In this document: one piece after another, positions 17,200 to 27,201 of the stretch
Layout: each line of letters begins with the position of its first letter
Numbering within the stretch: the stretch's first letter is position 1
Assembly: GCA_016928025.1 (NCBI GenBank)
Contig: JAFGLN010000063.1
Span: 716-64,715, forward strand
Length of the DNA stretch: 64,000 nt
Direction: 5' to 3'
Source of the DNA: Deltaproteobacteria bacterium
Lineage (GTDB): Bacteria > Desulfobacterota > Syntrophia > Syntrophales > JAFGHS01
The notes under the pieces: generated by a model
Database searches by the model: none
Seen by the model: only the letters and a program-made list of their open reading frames with translations
Told to the model about the DNA's origin: nothing
Made by a program: the position numbers and the translations under genes

Positions 17200-19269
17200 C
17201 TATCTTTCGATGCGGACATTTTGAAAAGCGAAATTAAATTCCTCCCATGACCAGCTGAATACTTTTCGGAAATAGACAAAGGGGTGGAGCGTGAATTTAT
17301 TGATCTCTCGCATATTGGCCGGGACATTTTTAAAGACAAACTGGGCCGTCTGGGTTGATCGTCCTTCCAGAGAAGCCCCGCGGTAACCCGCTTCATACAT
17401 GGTCTGTTTCTGTTTTCCCTTCCAAAACACGACCTGAGAGACCTGATACTCCCTTCCGGAGGCGTCCGTCATTTTAGATTTTGTCCACCGGTAGTTCTCG
17501 TCGTAAAGGGCGATTTCCCGATATTCGTCCTGAGTCAAATTGGTAAGGTCGACAAATACGGACAGTTCCTTGCCGGAATATCCGGCTTTGATCAGTTCGA
17601 ACAGGACTTCTTTCCCTTCAGCGGATGCCAGGGCATTGGGATTTCGCTTTACTGCCGGGGCGGAAGGCTCATCCGCGGGCTTATCGTCTTTTTTATCGGC
17701 CTTGAAGAGGTCGGGAATATAGCTGATCAGCGGTTTTCTGTCCTTCGGTGTCTCGGAGGCCGGTTCCGCCGCCTCTGTCGGTGGCGGCTCCTGCACGGTT
17801 TTTTCATCTTCCTCTTTGAGAACGGTCCGGATACGGAAAGCCATTTTTACGCGAACGCTGTCCCCTTCATTGATAAAAGAGATCAACCGGGCCGCCGTAA
17901 TACGGGCTTCTGTAACGGCCTGCAGGGAAGATTCCGCCGTGACCTGAAAATTAGTTACTTCCGTGGTGGATGTGGAATGCTGCATTTTGGCATCATTTCT
18001 CACCTCTTCCAGTTTGTCGATAATGGCCTCCGCGGAGGCGTCGGCAGGCGTCTGAGAACCCCGCGCCGCGGCCAGGGCGGTTTTTATAATGATGGTCTCC
18101 CGGATGCGCCGGATATCATGGAGCGATTTTTGGCTTTCCTGGAAAAGACGCTCTGCTTCTTCTTTTTGTTTAAGTAAATGATCCCTGTCCTGTGACGCTT
18201 TCTTAAACGGTTCATCCTTCCTTTTTAAGAGCGCCAACTGCATCTGCTTTTCCGACTGCGCGTCGCCGATTCTATCCTGTAAAGAATTAATCCTGTCCTG
18301 AAAAGATTTTACCTGCTCCTGCAGGCTTGCTTCGGCCTGGACGTTCGCTTGTTGTGTTTCCCGTATTTTGTTTTCGATTCGTTCCAAATCATATTGGGCC
18401 GCGGAATAGCCGTTGGCCGCAAGAAAATTGCCGAGGTCCTTCGGTGACGTTATGACGGCAGCTTTTATATTTTCAGAACCGCTGTCGGCAGCCACCCGTC
18501 CTGTCCGGGGTGCCTGAAAGGGAAATAACTCATAACGTTTCACGCGCAGATAGGTTGTGCCTTTGTTTCCTTTTGCCAATTCGATGCGCAGAGGTTCTTC
18601 ATTATTCCATTTGGCGGTTCCTTCTTCAACGGCGCGGATGAAATCGCTGGATAGGACGGAATCAATGACTTTGGAATGGGACTGGATATAGGTTCCCATA
18701 TATTGGGCGATCAGCGGCCCTGACTTCTTGTCCGCCTCGCTTTCCAAAGCGTGGGCGCTGTCTCTGAAACCTCTGGTGAAGATGACGGCCACAATAGCTT
18801 CTCCCTGTTTCTCCGTCTGCAGCCATTTTTTGAGGGACGCCTGCTGGGTCTTAATATCCTGGCTGTATCGCTCGATCTGATTGTCCAGATTACCGATGCC
18901 TTCTTTGATGGTATTGATATTTTTAAGTTGGTCCTCATACTCGATGGAGGCCGCCTGAAATTGAGACGTCAAATCGTCACGCCGCCTCTTCGCCTGTTTG
19001 AATTCCCTATTCGCTTCGGCGATGGCTTTCTTGTAAGCACTGTCCTGACGGTCCTTTTCTTCTTCCACGGCCGTGAGATTTGCCCTTTCTTCCTGGTAGG
19101 TGGAGAAGCCTTCCCGTTTATTGACTTCGGAACGGATCAGTTCCTTGACGGAATGCGTGGCGTCGGACCGCAAGGATATCCAGCTGCTTAACGGTGTTTG
19201 AGCGGAACAGACGGGGCAGCTTAAAAAGAAAACGATAAAAATCAGAAGTGGAAGTCTGAGTTTTTCCAT
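17200..19269 (-). CDS. secreted coiled-coil protein, unknown function
   Basis: ATG at 19269 after an aggtgg RBS. Signal peptide MEKLRLPLLIFIVFFLSCPVCSA. About 450 aa are rich in E/K/Q heptad-like sequence, followed by a Pro/Glu linker and a ~150-aa globular C-terminal domain. Confidence 0.7.
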   Translation of the reverse strand: MEKLRLPLLIFIVFFLSCPVCSAQTPLSSWISLRSDATHSVKELIRSEVNKREGFSTYQEERANLTAVEEEKDRQDSAYKKAIAEANREFKQAKRRRDDLTSQFQAASIEYEDQLKNINTIKEGIGNLDNQIERYSQDIKTQQASLKKWLQTEKQGEAIVAVIFTRGFRDSAHALESEADKKSGPLIAQYMGTYIQSHSKVIDSVLSSDFIRAVEEGTAKWNNEEPLRIELAKGNKGTTYLRVKRYELFPFQAPRTGRVAADSGSENIKAAVITSPKDLGNFLAANGYSAAQYDLERIENKIRETQQANVQAEASLQEQVKSFQDRINSLQDRIGDAQSEKQMQLALLKRKDEPFKKASQDRDHLLKQKEEAERLFQESQKSLHDIRRIRETIIIKTALAAARGSQTPADASAEAIIDKLEEVRNDAKMQHSTSTTEVTNFQVTAESSLQAVTEARITAARLISFINEGDSVRVKMAFRIRTVLKEEDEKTVQEPPPTEAAEPASETPKDRKPLISYIPDLFKADKKDDKPADEPSAPAVKRNPNALASAEGKEVLFELIKAGYSGKELSVFVDLTNLTQDEYREIALYDENYRWTKSKMTDASGREYQVSQVVFWKGKQKQTMYEAGYRGASLEGRSTQTAQFVFKNVPANMREINKFTLHPFVYFRKVFSWSWEEFNFAFQNVRIER

Positions 19270-19477
19270 AATGCCACCTATAAAAGAAATATTTTCCCGG
19301 CAAAAAAGCGTAATAAAATGTTCCATGGTTGTCAAATCATAATTTTCGAATAAATAAGGGCAAATTTTCTTGACACGAAAAATGCCCCTCCCTATACTTC
19401 GTTGAAAGTTGCCGTCTGTTCGGCAGACGTTAATGGTGACCGGAAAAGGTCATGAGCAGAAAAAGGAGGAAGATGCT

Positions 19478-20131
19478 GTGGAATTTAAAGAACTCGAAGA
19501 CCTGATCAAGACCAGAAAATCTATCCGGCGCTGGCAGCAAAAGCCCGTGCCGGAAAATATGCTCCTGAAGGCCGTTGAGTTGGCGACGTGGGCGCCCAGC
19601 GGGGGTAATCTGCAGAACTGGCATTTCTACATCATTATCGCCAGGGATACCATAAACGCTATTGCCGATGCCGTGCAGTCGACTGTTGATCTCATGGCCT
19701 CCTGGCCGGAAGCTGGAGAATTTGGGGATACCTTCAAAAACTACAGTCAGTTCAGTACGTTTTTCCGAAGCGCGCCGGCGGCCATTGCCGTGGCATCCTC
19801 CCGTTACCAGTCCATCGCCGACCGTCTGCTGGAAATGAGGGAAAGCGTCGATTTCCAGGCGAAGGAAATGCGTGAATGGCGAAAAACGGCGGACAGCAGA
19901 ATCCAGTCGACATCGGCGGCGGTTGCCTATCTTTTGCTCATCCTGCATCAGATGGGACTGGGCGCGACCTGGATGACAGGGCCGATCCAGGCGGCCGGTG
20001 CCATACAGAAAATCCTCCGTGTCCCTCCGGGATGGGAAATCGTTACCTTTATTCCCGTGGGTTATCCCGATGAGCAGCCCCGGCCCGGACGCCGCAAATC
20101 CGTTAGTGAAGTAGCGGAAGTCATCAAATAA
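19478..20131 (+). CDS. nitroreductase-family protein
   Basis: TRKSIRRWQQKPVPENML...APSGGNLQNWHF is a nitroreductase N-terminus. A GTG at 19478 lies 8 nt after AAGGAGG; the track ORF begins at a TTG at 19409. Confidence 0.75.
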   Translation: MEFKELEDLIKTRKSIRRWQQKPVPENMLLKAVELATWAPSGGNLQNWHFYIIIARDTINAIADAVQSTVDLMASWPEAGEFGDTFKNYSQFSTFFRSAPAAIAVASSRYQSIADRLLEMRESVDFQAKEMREWRKTADSRIQSTSAAVAYLLLILHQMGLGATWMTGPIQAAGAIQKILRVPPGWEIVTFIPVGYPDEQPRPGRRKSVSEVAEVIK

Positions 20132-20280
20132 ATATTTTTTATTGAATAAAAATTTTTGCATTCGCCCTGAGGAAGCCAACTGGATGGACCCGCCCATTCA
20201 ATACGTCCTGATCAATTCCATATTCTTTTCATATGATGGGGAGAAAAAATTCAAGATCTATAGAACTTGCCTAAGCCGGG

Positions 20281-20793
20281 TCAATCGACGCCCGCCACTC
20301 TGCTTCGCCGCTCAAGCAACGTGACGTCCCGCCACTTTCCGGCATGGTCGCCGTTCAGCATTTTGCCGACCTTTTCTCTTCGACCGATTTCCCGGAACCC
20401 GTTTTTCTTGAAAAGCCCAAGACTGGCCGTATTTTCCGGGAAGATACCGGCCTGCAGGGACCAGATTCCCGCCTTTTCGGAGTTTTGGATCAGTGCTTCC
20501 AGCAGGGACGATCCAATCCCCCGTCCTCGATAAGCTGCGGCGATGTAAAGACTGACTTCCGCAACCCCGGAATACACCCGGCGGTTGGAAACAGGAATCA
20601 GGGCCGTCCATCCGACAACGGTGTCATCAATCCTTGCCACTAAACGGTGTTCGGGCAAGTGATTGGCGTCCCATTTCTTCCAATCCGGGGCCTGGGTTTC
20701 GAATGTCGAGTTGCCGGTCCGGATGCCCTGCAGATAAATCGATCGAACCTGATCCCAGCATGTCCGCTTCATATTATCAATGATGTATTTCAT
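20281..20793 (-). CDS. GNAT N-acetyltransferase (phosphinothricin-acetyltransferase-like)
   Basis: 170 aa. NSTFETQAPDWKKW...ARIDDTVVGWTAL...YRGRGIGSSLLEALI is typical of the PAT/MddA-type GNAT family. Confidence 0.8.
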   Translation of the reverse strand: MKYIIDNMKRTCWDQVRSIYLQGIRTGNSTFETQAPDWKKWDANHLPEHRLVARIDDTVVGWTALIPVSNRRVYSGVAEVSLYIAAAYRGRGIGSSLLEALIQNSEKAGIWSLQAGIFPENTASLGLFKKNGFREIGRREKVGKMLNGDHAGKWRDVTLLERRSRVAGVD

Positions 20794-20804
20794 ATTTTTT
20801 TCAT

Positions 20805-22637
20805 TTATTCTTTGGACGTATTATGGGGTATCTCAACCACGGCCAAAGGCTTAAATTCGATTTGTTTGGGATGATTATGGGTCGGTCCGTTCCGCTGATG
20901 ATTCAGACCGGAAAGCAATCCGGAAAAAAAGCTTCGGGCGTTGCTACCGATGGACCGGTTGTTATAGCCTCCCTCCTGAACGACGAGGCAGGGCTTTTCC
21001 AGCCGGCCGATTTCCCGGCCGATTTCAATGAAATCCCGGCTTTCGAGGTTCCAGGTGCCGGTGGGGTCTCCTTTTGCCGTGTCCAGCCCCAGGCACACAA
21101 CCAAGTAATTGGGGCCGAAATGGCGAATGCGGGCCAAAGCGGTCCGCAGCGCTTGCAGGTAATCTGCGGCGTTGATCGTCTCCGGCAGGGGGTAGTTCAC
21201 GTTGTATCCCCTGCCGTTTCCCTCGCCGCGCTCGTCGGCAAATCCGCTGAAATACGGATAGGCGAAGCTCGGATGGCCGTGGATCGAAATGGTCAGCACG
21301 TCGCGCCGTTGGTAAAAAATGTCCTGCTGCCCATTGCCGTGATGATAGTCGATATCCAGCATGGCGACCTTTCCAAACCGGCTGAGGTAATGAGCGGCGA
21401 TGGCGGCGTTATTGAAGTAGCAGAAACCGCCGAAAAACCCCCGCTCGGCATGGTGTCCCGGCGGCCGGACCAGCGCGTAGGCCGTTCGGCGCCCGGACAG
21501 AAGCTCCCTCGCACCCGTGAGCGCGCAGTCTACGGCCCGGCGTGCCGCGCTGTAGGCGTGGCTGCTGATGGGTGTGAAGGTGTCCATACAGTAATATCCG
21601 GCGCGAATGGGCAATTCAACCGGCGGCCTGGCCCGGTTCCGGAGGGGAAAGACATAGGGATACAGAGGGGTCTCCGGTTCGATCTGCTTGCTGATTTTTT
21701 TGACGTATCTCACATACTCGGGATTGTGCACGGCCGTAATCCAGGAATCGCCGAATGTCGTCGGCACAACGGGATCAAAGATCCCGGTGGCGTCCAAAAC
21801 ATTGCGGATGGACCGGATTCTTACCGGCGCCTCGACGTAACCCCGGGATTTAACGTGGTGGATTTCATGCTGATCCGTTACCACCAGGGCAATCTTGGCG
21901 AGATTGGCGGCCACGGCGGCGCGCCTTTTTTCTACGGCCTGAGGCACGGCATAGCGGGACGGTCGGAGCCGGACCGGGTCGTCGACAACGGAGTCCAACA
22001 CCATTTTGACATAATCCGGCCCACAGATGTCCTTGTATTTCCGATCGAGAATCAGGGCAATCACCTGCTTTACATAGTCCCTGTGCAGGAGGCCGCCCTG
22101 TCCCAAGTCATCAAACACGAGATAGGGCGGATTGTCTCCGCCGGGCGTAACCGGCGTTTCGTAGGCCGTGTTCGCGATGGGGCGGGCGCCGTAGGATTCA
22201 TAGAACCTCAACCGCTCGCGATTTTGCTTCAGGATGTCCGGGTTGCGGCTCAAATTCGGGTCATCCGGCAGGCATTCGAAGAAGATGCCGATGACGCCCA
22301 GCGATAAGGCCTCGCTCCGAATCCGGTCATAGAGGGCCCCGCCCACGCCGCGTCCGGCGAGGCGCCGGTCGCTGACCAGATAATCCAGGTAACAGAAGTT
22401 TAGGCCCGCGTCGTGGTCCAGCAGGGCCAGGCCGTGAACCGTGTTCCGATGGTCTTCGGCGATATAGACGATGGAACGGGCACCGTATTTCAGCGGATAT
22501 CTCAGCAATTCAGGGATACGGTCGATCTTCTGACGGTCCAATAGCTGGAATTGCGAATGAAGAATGGCCTTGACCTGTTCAAGCGCGCGTTGATCCAGTG
22601 GTAGAACATCATCAAATATGCGGCGAATAAGAAACAT
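20805..22637 (-). CDS. fusion protein: N-terminal GNAT acetyltransferase + C-terminal histone-deacetylase-family (HDAC/AcuC/APAH) domain
   Basis: 610 aa. The GNAT core is LVSDRRLAGRGVGGALYDRI. HDAC motifs are RPPGHHAERG (catalytic His pair), DIDYHHGNGQQDIF (Zn ligands), GLDTAKGDP and EGGY. Confidence 0.85.
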   Translation of the reverse strand: MFLIRRIFDDVLPLDQRALEQVKAILHSQFQLLDRQKIDRIPELLRYPLKYGARSIVYIAEDHRNTVHGLALLDHDAGLNFCYLDYLVSDRRLAGRGVGGALYDRIRSEALSLGVIGIFFECLPDDPNLSRNPDILKQNRERLRFYESYGARPIANTAYETPVTPGGDNPPYLVFDDLGQGGLLHRDYVKQVIALILDRKYKDICGPDYVKMVLDSVVDDPVRLRPSRYAVPQAVEKRRAAVAANLAKIALVVTDQHEIHHVKSRGYVEAPVRIRSIRNVLDATGIFDPVVPTTFGDSWITAVHNPEYVRYVKKISKQIEPETPLYPYVFPLRNRARPPVELPIRAGYYCMDTFTPISSHAYSAARRAVDCALTGARELLSGRRTAYALVRPPGHHAERGFFGGFCYFNNAAIAAHYLSRFGKVAMLDIDYHHGNGQQDIFYQRRDVLTISIHGHPSFAYPYFSGFADERGEGNGRGYNVNYPLPETINAADYLQALRTALARIRHFGPNYLVVCLGLDTAKGDPTGTWNLESRDFIEIGREIGRLEKPCLVVQEGGYNNRSIGSNARSFFSGLLSGLNHQRNGPTHNHPKQIEFKPLAVVEIPHNTSKE

Positions 22638-22731
22638 ACAATACTCCTTCTAATAAGCGAAAGCCGGTGTTCCTCATCCGCAAGACCTTGTCGGCCAGGT
22701 TGTGCGTTTGTTGGGATCGGCGGTTGACATT

Positions 22732-23412
22732 CTATTTTGTTCGCGTTTTTAAACCTGTCAAGAGAAAAAAAGCCATCCCGGCCAGGGCAAGGGAAAAAAG
22801 CGGCCAGTTGAAGACGGTCGGCTTCACCTGGGTAACAGCGTCCACCCCTTCCGGTAAGGCATGAAGGGCGTCCCGCATGAAAACATAAAGCGCCAGCAGG
22901 GTGCCGCTAACCGCTGCAATCCATCCGCTTGGGGGAAACCTTAAAGGCCGGCCGTTCTGTTTTCGATAGACGGCCAGAACACCACCGGCAACGAGCAGCA
23001 GGGCGATGAGCACGGGTGCCAGCACGGGTCCCCACCAGGGGAGGGGGATCAGAAACAGCAGGTCCCAGTCGAGGAGGGTTTCGGGCCAACCGGTCATGAC
23101 AAAGAGCCATCCGTAATAAAAAATGTCCCACACACCGAAGGCGAAAACGGCATAGCCGATCCTGTCCTGCGGACGGCGCCCGGCGATCCAGCCGATCAGG
23201 GCCAGCATGACCAGGGTACTCGCTTCCCGGCCGAGCTCGATGAAGGTGAATCGATCCGGGGGCATCCTGATGTCCCGCAGCAGGTCTTCAATGCCGTAAA
23301 CGGCGCGCAGATAGACGACGACGGCCGATTCCAGGTAGGCCATGGCAACAGCCAAGCACCCCACTGTGACCCAATGGGTTTCTTGGCGTTTCATCTTTGC
23401 ATTGTCAATCAT
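22732..23412 (-). CDS. polytopic membrane protein, unknown function
   Basis: 226 aa with about 6 hydrophobic helices. It starts 2 nt after the upstream LapA-like gene. Confidence 0.6.
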   Translation of the reverse strand: MIDNAKMKRQETHWVTVGCLAVAMAYLESAVVVYLRAVYGIEDLLRDIRMPPDRFTFIELGREASTLVMLALIGWIAGRRPQDRIGYAVFAFGVWDIFYYGWLFVMTGWPETLLDWDLLFLIPLPWWGPVLAPVLIALLLVAGGVLAVYRKQNGRPLRFPPSGWIAAVSGTLLALYVFMRDALHALPEGVDAVTQVKPTVFNWPLFSLALAGMAFFLLTGLKTRTK

Positions 23413-23414
23413 GT

Positions 23415-23639
23415 TTATCTCATGGAATCGTCGAGCGTTTTACCTTTACGGTATTTTAGATAACTGTGGAGGAACCATCCGATAATGATCCCCATGGCGA
23501 TCAACAGAAAGATGAGGAGAGACCGGGATATTTGGATCGACCATAGCAGAAATTGGATTTCTACAATAGCGACGTTTTGAATAATGAAAAGTACGGCAAG
23601 ACCGGCAAGAATAACAACGAGGATCAGTTTATAATTCAT
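23415..23639 (-). CDS. LapA-domain (DUF1049) small inner-membrane protein
   Basis: MNYKLILVVILAGLAVLFIIQNV...SRSLLIFLLIAMGIIIGWFLH has the two-TM LapA-like layout. Confidence 0.7.
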   Translation of the reverse strand: MNYKLILVVILAGLAVLFIIQNVAIVEIQFLLWSIQISRSLLIFLLIAMGIIIGWFLHSYLKYRKGKTLDDSMR

Positions 23640-24001
23640 GGGCCCCCCCTGCAATACAAAATAATAGAGTAAAAAATTATGTTTGGATGATAGCAGTTTT
23701 AACTTTACAGAACCAGTTTAAAATTATTGAAAAATCAAGATAAATTTGGCTAAGTAGCAGCGCGTGCTTCCCGATATTCTTTGACCGGTATCCGTGGCCG
23801 GTCATCGGGTCCTTTCATAGCATAATGATAACGACAGGGAAAAATAACGGAACTTTATTTAATTTGCAAAAAAAGATTGTTAACCTTTCTCCTTGAATAT
23901 TTATGTTGTTCTTTGTATCTTGCTCAGACATTTGAAATGGTTTTCTTAATTAATGCTCTTCTTCACGCAACCGCAATTAAAAACATATTGAGGCTTTCAG
24001 C

Positions 24002-26089
24002 ATGTCAGTTTTAAAAAGACGAATTTTTCTTTTGTCCATAACAGGTATCTTGTTGGCGGGACTCGTTTTTTCTTTATTCGCGTCCAGTCCGCAGGTGAAA
24101 TCCCTCGAACCCGGTGATACGGAACAACAAATTGCGATTAGCGTTGCATCCCTTCTGAAAAGCGAACATCTTACCCGCCATTCCCTGAATCGGGAAATTT
24201 CGGAACGCTGCTTCAATAATTTTATCAGTTCCCTCGACCCGCAAAAAATCTTCTTTAAACAATCGGATATCGATGCTTTCCAGCGGATGAAGGATAAACT
24301 GGCCCGATTGATTGAACAGGGCGATGTCAACTTTGCCTATAAGATCTTTAAAGTTTATCTGTCCCGTATCGATGAGAGCGTCGGGATCATAGAAAGCCTA
24401 TTGAAAGAACCTCAGGATTTCAGCATTGATGAAGAAATGGTTATCGACAAGGACCGGATTCGTTATCCCCAGACAACGGCCGAAGCCCGTGAGCGCTGGC
24501 GGAAAAGGCTTAAGAATGAAATCCTGGTGCTGAAAGCCGATAAAGCCGACCGGGCAGGAGAATCGAAAGACCCAATGCAACCGGAGAAGCGACTGCTCAG
24601 GCGTTACCGGAGCTTTGTCAAGCAGATGCATCAGACGGACACGGAGGATCTGCTGGGCATTTATCTGACGGCCCTGACAACGGCTTTTGACCCGCACTCC
24701 ACCTATATGACGCCGCGGACGATGGAAAACTTTGAAATTACCATGCGCCTTCAATTGGAAGGGATCGGTGCCGCGCTGAGTTCCGTGGACGGCTATACGG
24801 TGGTTAAAGAGATTATTTCCGGCGGGGCGGCGGACCGTGACGGCAGATTAAAGGCCGGGGAAAAGATTGTCGGTGTCGGAGAAGGAGCAGACGGTGAAAT
24901 CATTGACGTGGTTGATATGAAACTCAATAATGTCGTCAAGATGATCAGGGGAAAAAAGGGAACGATTGTTCGACTCGAAGTGCTCTCTGTTGAGGGGGAA
25001 AGAAAGATCATCGACATCACAAGAGCGAAAATAGAGCTGAAGGATAGAGATGCCGAGGGAGAGATCTTTGAATTTGGTCAAACGGAAAAGGGATCAACCT
25101 ACAAAATAGGCGTCATCGATATTCCGAGTTTTTACATGGATACGATCAGCGCCGGCAAGGGTGTGCCGGATTATAAAAGTACGACCCGCGATGTCCGCGG
25201 AATTCTCGAGGAATTCAACCGAACAGGTGTGAATGCTGTTGTTTTGGACCTGCGGAAAAACGGCGGTGGCGCCCTTTCGGAAGCCATCAATCTGACCGGC
25301 CTGTTCATTAAAGAGGGTCCTGTCCTCCAGGTCAAGAATGCGGAAGGCTACATATACTCCCACAAGGATGAGGATTCCACGATGGTCTGGTCGGGTCCTC
25401 TGGTTTTGATGATCAGCAAGTTCAGCGCCAGTGCCAGCGAGATCCTGGCCGGGGCCATTCAGGATTACGGACGGGGGCTGGTGGTTGGAGATCATGCGAC
25501 GCACGGCAAAGGGACCGTCCAGAACCTGATTGAACTGGATCGTCTGAGGTTCCGGCTGTTTCCTGCAACGAAGAAGATGGGATCGCTAAAAATTACCACG
25601 CAGCAATTTTTCCGACCCAGCGGTGCGAGTGTCCAAAAGCGCGGTGTTCTGGCGGACATTGAACTGCCGTCTATTACCACCCATCTCGATATCGGTGAAT
25701 CCGATCTCGAATATGCCATTCCTTATGACAAAGTGCCGCCTCTTCACTTTAAGAGGTTTGATTATGTGGAAAAGGATTTGGTGGATCAGCTTCGCCGCAG
25801 CTCGGAAGTACGCATAAAAATGTCCGAAAAATTCCGCAAAATCGTTCGGGATATTGAACGTTATCATGTGCAAAAAAACAGGGTATCCATTAATCTGAAT
25901 GAAGCCCAATTCCTTAAAGAGCGGAAGGCCTTCAAGGCAGACCAGGAAGATGAAACCGTGTCGGAAAATATGAATCAGTCGGGAGAACGAGGTATTAAGC
26001 GCGACTACTATCTCGAAGAAGTGATGGCGATTGTTGCGGACTACCTGGAACTTCGGTATTTCAATGTCGATGAACGGGAGGCGGCCTGA
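24002..26089 (+). CDS. prc: tail-specific (C-terminal processing) protease, S41 family
   Basis: 695 aa. Signal anchor, a PDZ-like segment (GIGAALSSVDGYTVVKEIISGGAADRDGRLKAGEKIV) and an S41 core (DLRKNGGG...SASASEILAGAIQDYGR). Confidence 0.85.
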   Translation: MSVLKRRIFLLSITGILLAGLVFSLFASSPQVKSLEPGDTEQQIAISVASLLKSEHLTRHSLNREISERCFNNFISSLDPQKIFFKQSDIDAFQRMKDKLARLIEQGDVNFAYKIFKVYLSRIDESVGIIESLLKEPQDFSIDEEMVIDKDRIRYPQTTAEARERWRKRLKNEILVLKADKADRAGESKDPMQPEKRLLRRYRSFVKQMHQTDTEDLLGIYLTALTTAFDPHSTYMTPRTMENFEITMRLQLEGIGAALSSVDGYTVVKEIISGGAADRDGRLKAGEKIVGVGEGADGEIIDVVDMKLNNVVKMIRGKKGTIVRLEVLSVEGERKIIDITRAKIELKDRDAEGEIFEFGQTEKGSTYKIGVIDIPSFYMDTISAGKGVPDYKSTTRDVRGILEEFNRTGVNAVVLDLRKNGGGALSEAINLTGLFIKEGPVLQVKNAEGYIYSHKDEDSTMVWSGPLVLMISKFSASASEILAGAIQDYGRGLVVGDHATHGKGTVQNLIELDRLRFRLFPATKKMGSLKITTQQFFRPSGASVQKRGVLADIELPSITTHLDIGESDLEYAIPYDKVPPLHFKRFDYVEKDLVDQLRRSSEVRIKMSEKFRKIVRDIERYHVQKNRVSINLNEAQFLKERKAFKADQEDETVSENMNQSGERGIKRDYYLEEVMAIVADYLELRYFNVDEREAA

Positions 26090-26152
26090 ACATCTTCTTT
26101 CTGTTCGACGGCGTTTTCAGTGGTTGAAAAAAAGCGTAAGGGGGACCATACA

Positions 26153-27121
26153 ATGCGCTATATCATTTATGGTGCGGGTGCCATCGGCGGTGTGATCGGT
26201 GCCCGGTTGTATAAGGCGGGAAAAGAGGCCGTTCTCATTGCGCGCGGGGCACATTTTGAAGCAATTCAGAATAAGGGCCTCACATTGGAAACACCGGAAA
26301 GTATAGAGACCCTGAAAATCCGTGTGGTGTCCAATCCAGCGCAAATCAGCTTTCGGGATGATGATGCGGTCATTTTGGCCATGAAATCCCAGGACACGGA
26401 AGGGGCTCTTAAAGAACTCCTGAACACCGCGGGTGATGCCGTTTCGGTTGTATGTACCCAGAACGGTGTGGCCAATGAACGGATGGCATTGCGTCGGTTT
26501 CAGCATGTCTATGCTATGGTTGTCATGCTGCCGGCCATGCACATGGTACCGGGTGTCGTGGAGCAGAATTCATTGCCGGTACCGGGAATTCTGGATGCCG
26601 GGCGCTATCCCGAAGGTATTGACGCTACCGTCGAAACGATTTGTGCCGATCTTCGCGATGCCGGTTTCAGCGCCAAACCCGACGCTGCGGCGATGCGTTT
26701 GAAATATACAAAACTACTCATGAATCTGGGGAATGCCTTTCAGGTCATCTGTGGGAATGATGCGGATGGACGAGAGATTCTGACAGAGGCAAGAAAAGAA
26801 GCCGTGATGTGTTATCGGGCCGCGGATATTCAGTTTGCCACAGATGAAGAGTTCCGTGCCCGGCGCGGTCATTTAATCACGGTAAAGCCGGTTGCCGAAG
26901 GACGGCCCAGAGGCAGCTCTTCATGGCAAAGTGCGATACGTGGTACCGGCACTGTTGAAGCGGACTGGCTCAATGGGGAAATTTGTCTTCTGGGCCGTCT
27001 GTATGGAATACCAACGCCTGTCAACCAATTATTACAGGTAACGGCAAATCACATGATACGGGATAAGTTGCCTCCCGGAACGATAACCCCCGAAGAATTG
27101 AGGAAACAGTTGAAGCTATAG
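26153..27121 (+). CDS. 2-dehydropantoate 2-reductase family (ApbA/PanE-like) oxidoreductase
   Basis: MRYIIYGAGAIGGVIGARL is a Rossmann N-terminus, and the family-typical C-terminal SSWQS...E..WLNGEI region is present. ATG at 26153 after aaggggga. Confidence 0.75.
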   Translation: MRYIIYGAGAIGGVIGARLYKAGKEAVLIARGAHFEAIQNKGLTLETPESIETLKIRVVSNPAQISFRDDDAVILAMKSQDTEGALKELLNTAGDAVSVVCTQNGVANERMALRRFQHVYAMVVMLPAMHMVPGVVEQNSLPVPGILDAGRYPEGIDATVETICADLRDAGFSAKPDAAAMRLKYTKLLMNLGNAFQVICGNDADGREILTEARKEAVMCYRAADIQFATDEEFRARRGHLITVKPVAEGRPRGSSSWQSAIRGTGTVEADWLNGEICLLGRLYGIPTPVNQLLQVTANHMIRDKLPPGTITPEELRKQLKL

Positions 27122-27127
27122 ACACAG

Positions 27128-27146
27128 GGTTCAAGGGGCATGGTTC
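27128..27146. repeat. GGTTCAAGGRGCATGGTTC motif, copy 1
   Basis: ggttcaaggggcatggttc, 7 nt after the stop at 27121. Confidence 0.5.
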
Positions 27147-27201
27147 GAAGACCGGAAAAGCAAAAGTTCTATTTCAAGAATCAATAAAGGAGAACCATAG
27201 T

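Noticed and set aside
20823-22307. 494-aa ORF on the + strand
   Set aside because: It lies entirely antisense to the GNAT-HDAC gene, which has clear catalytic motifs. The ORF is Arg/Gly/Ala/Pro-rich low-complexity sequence, typical of a GC-rich shadow frame.
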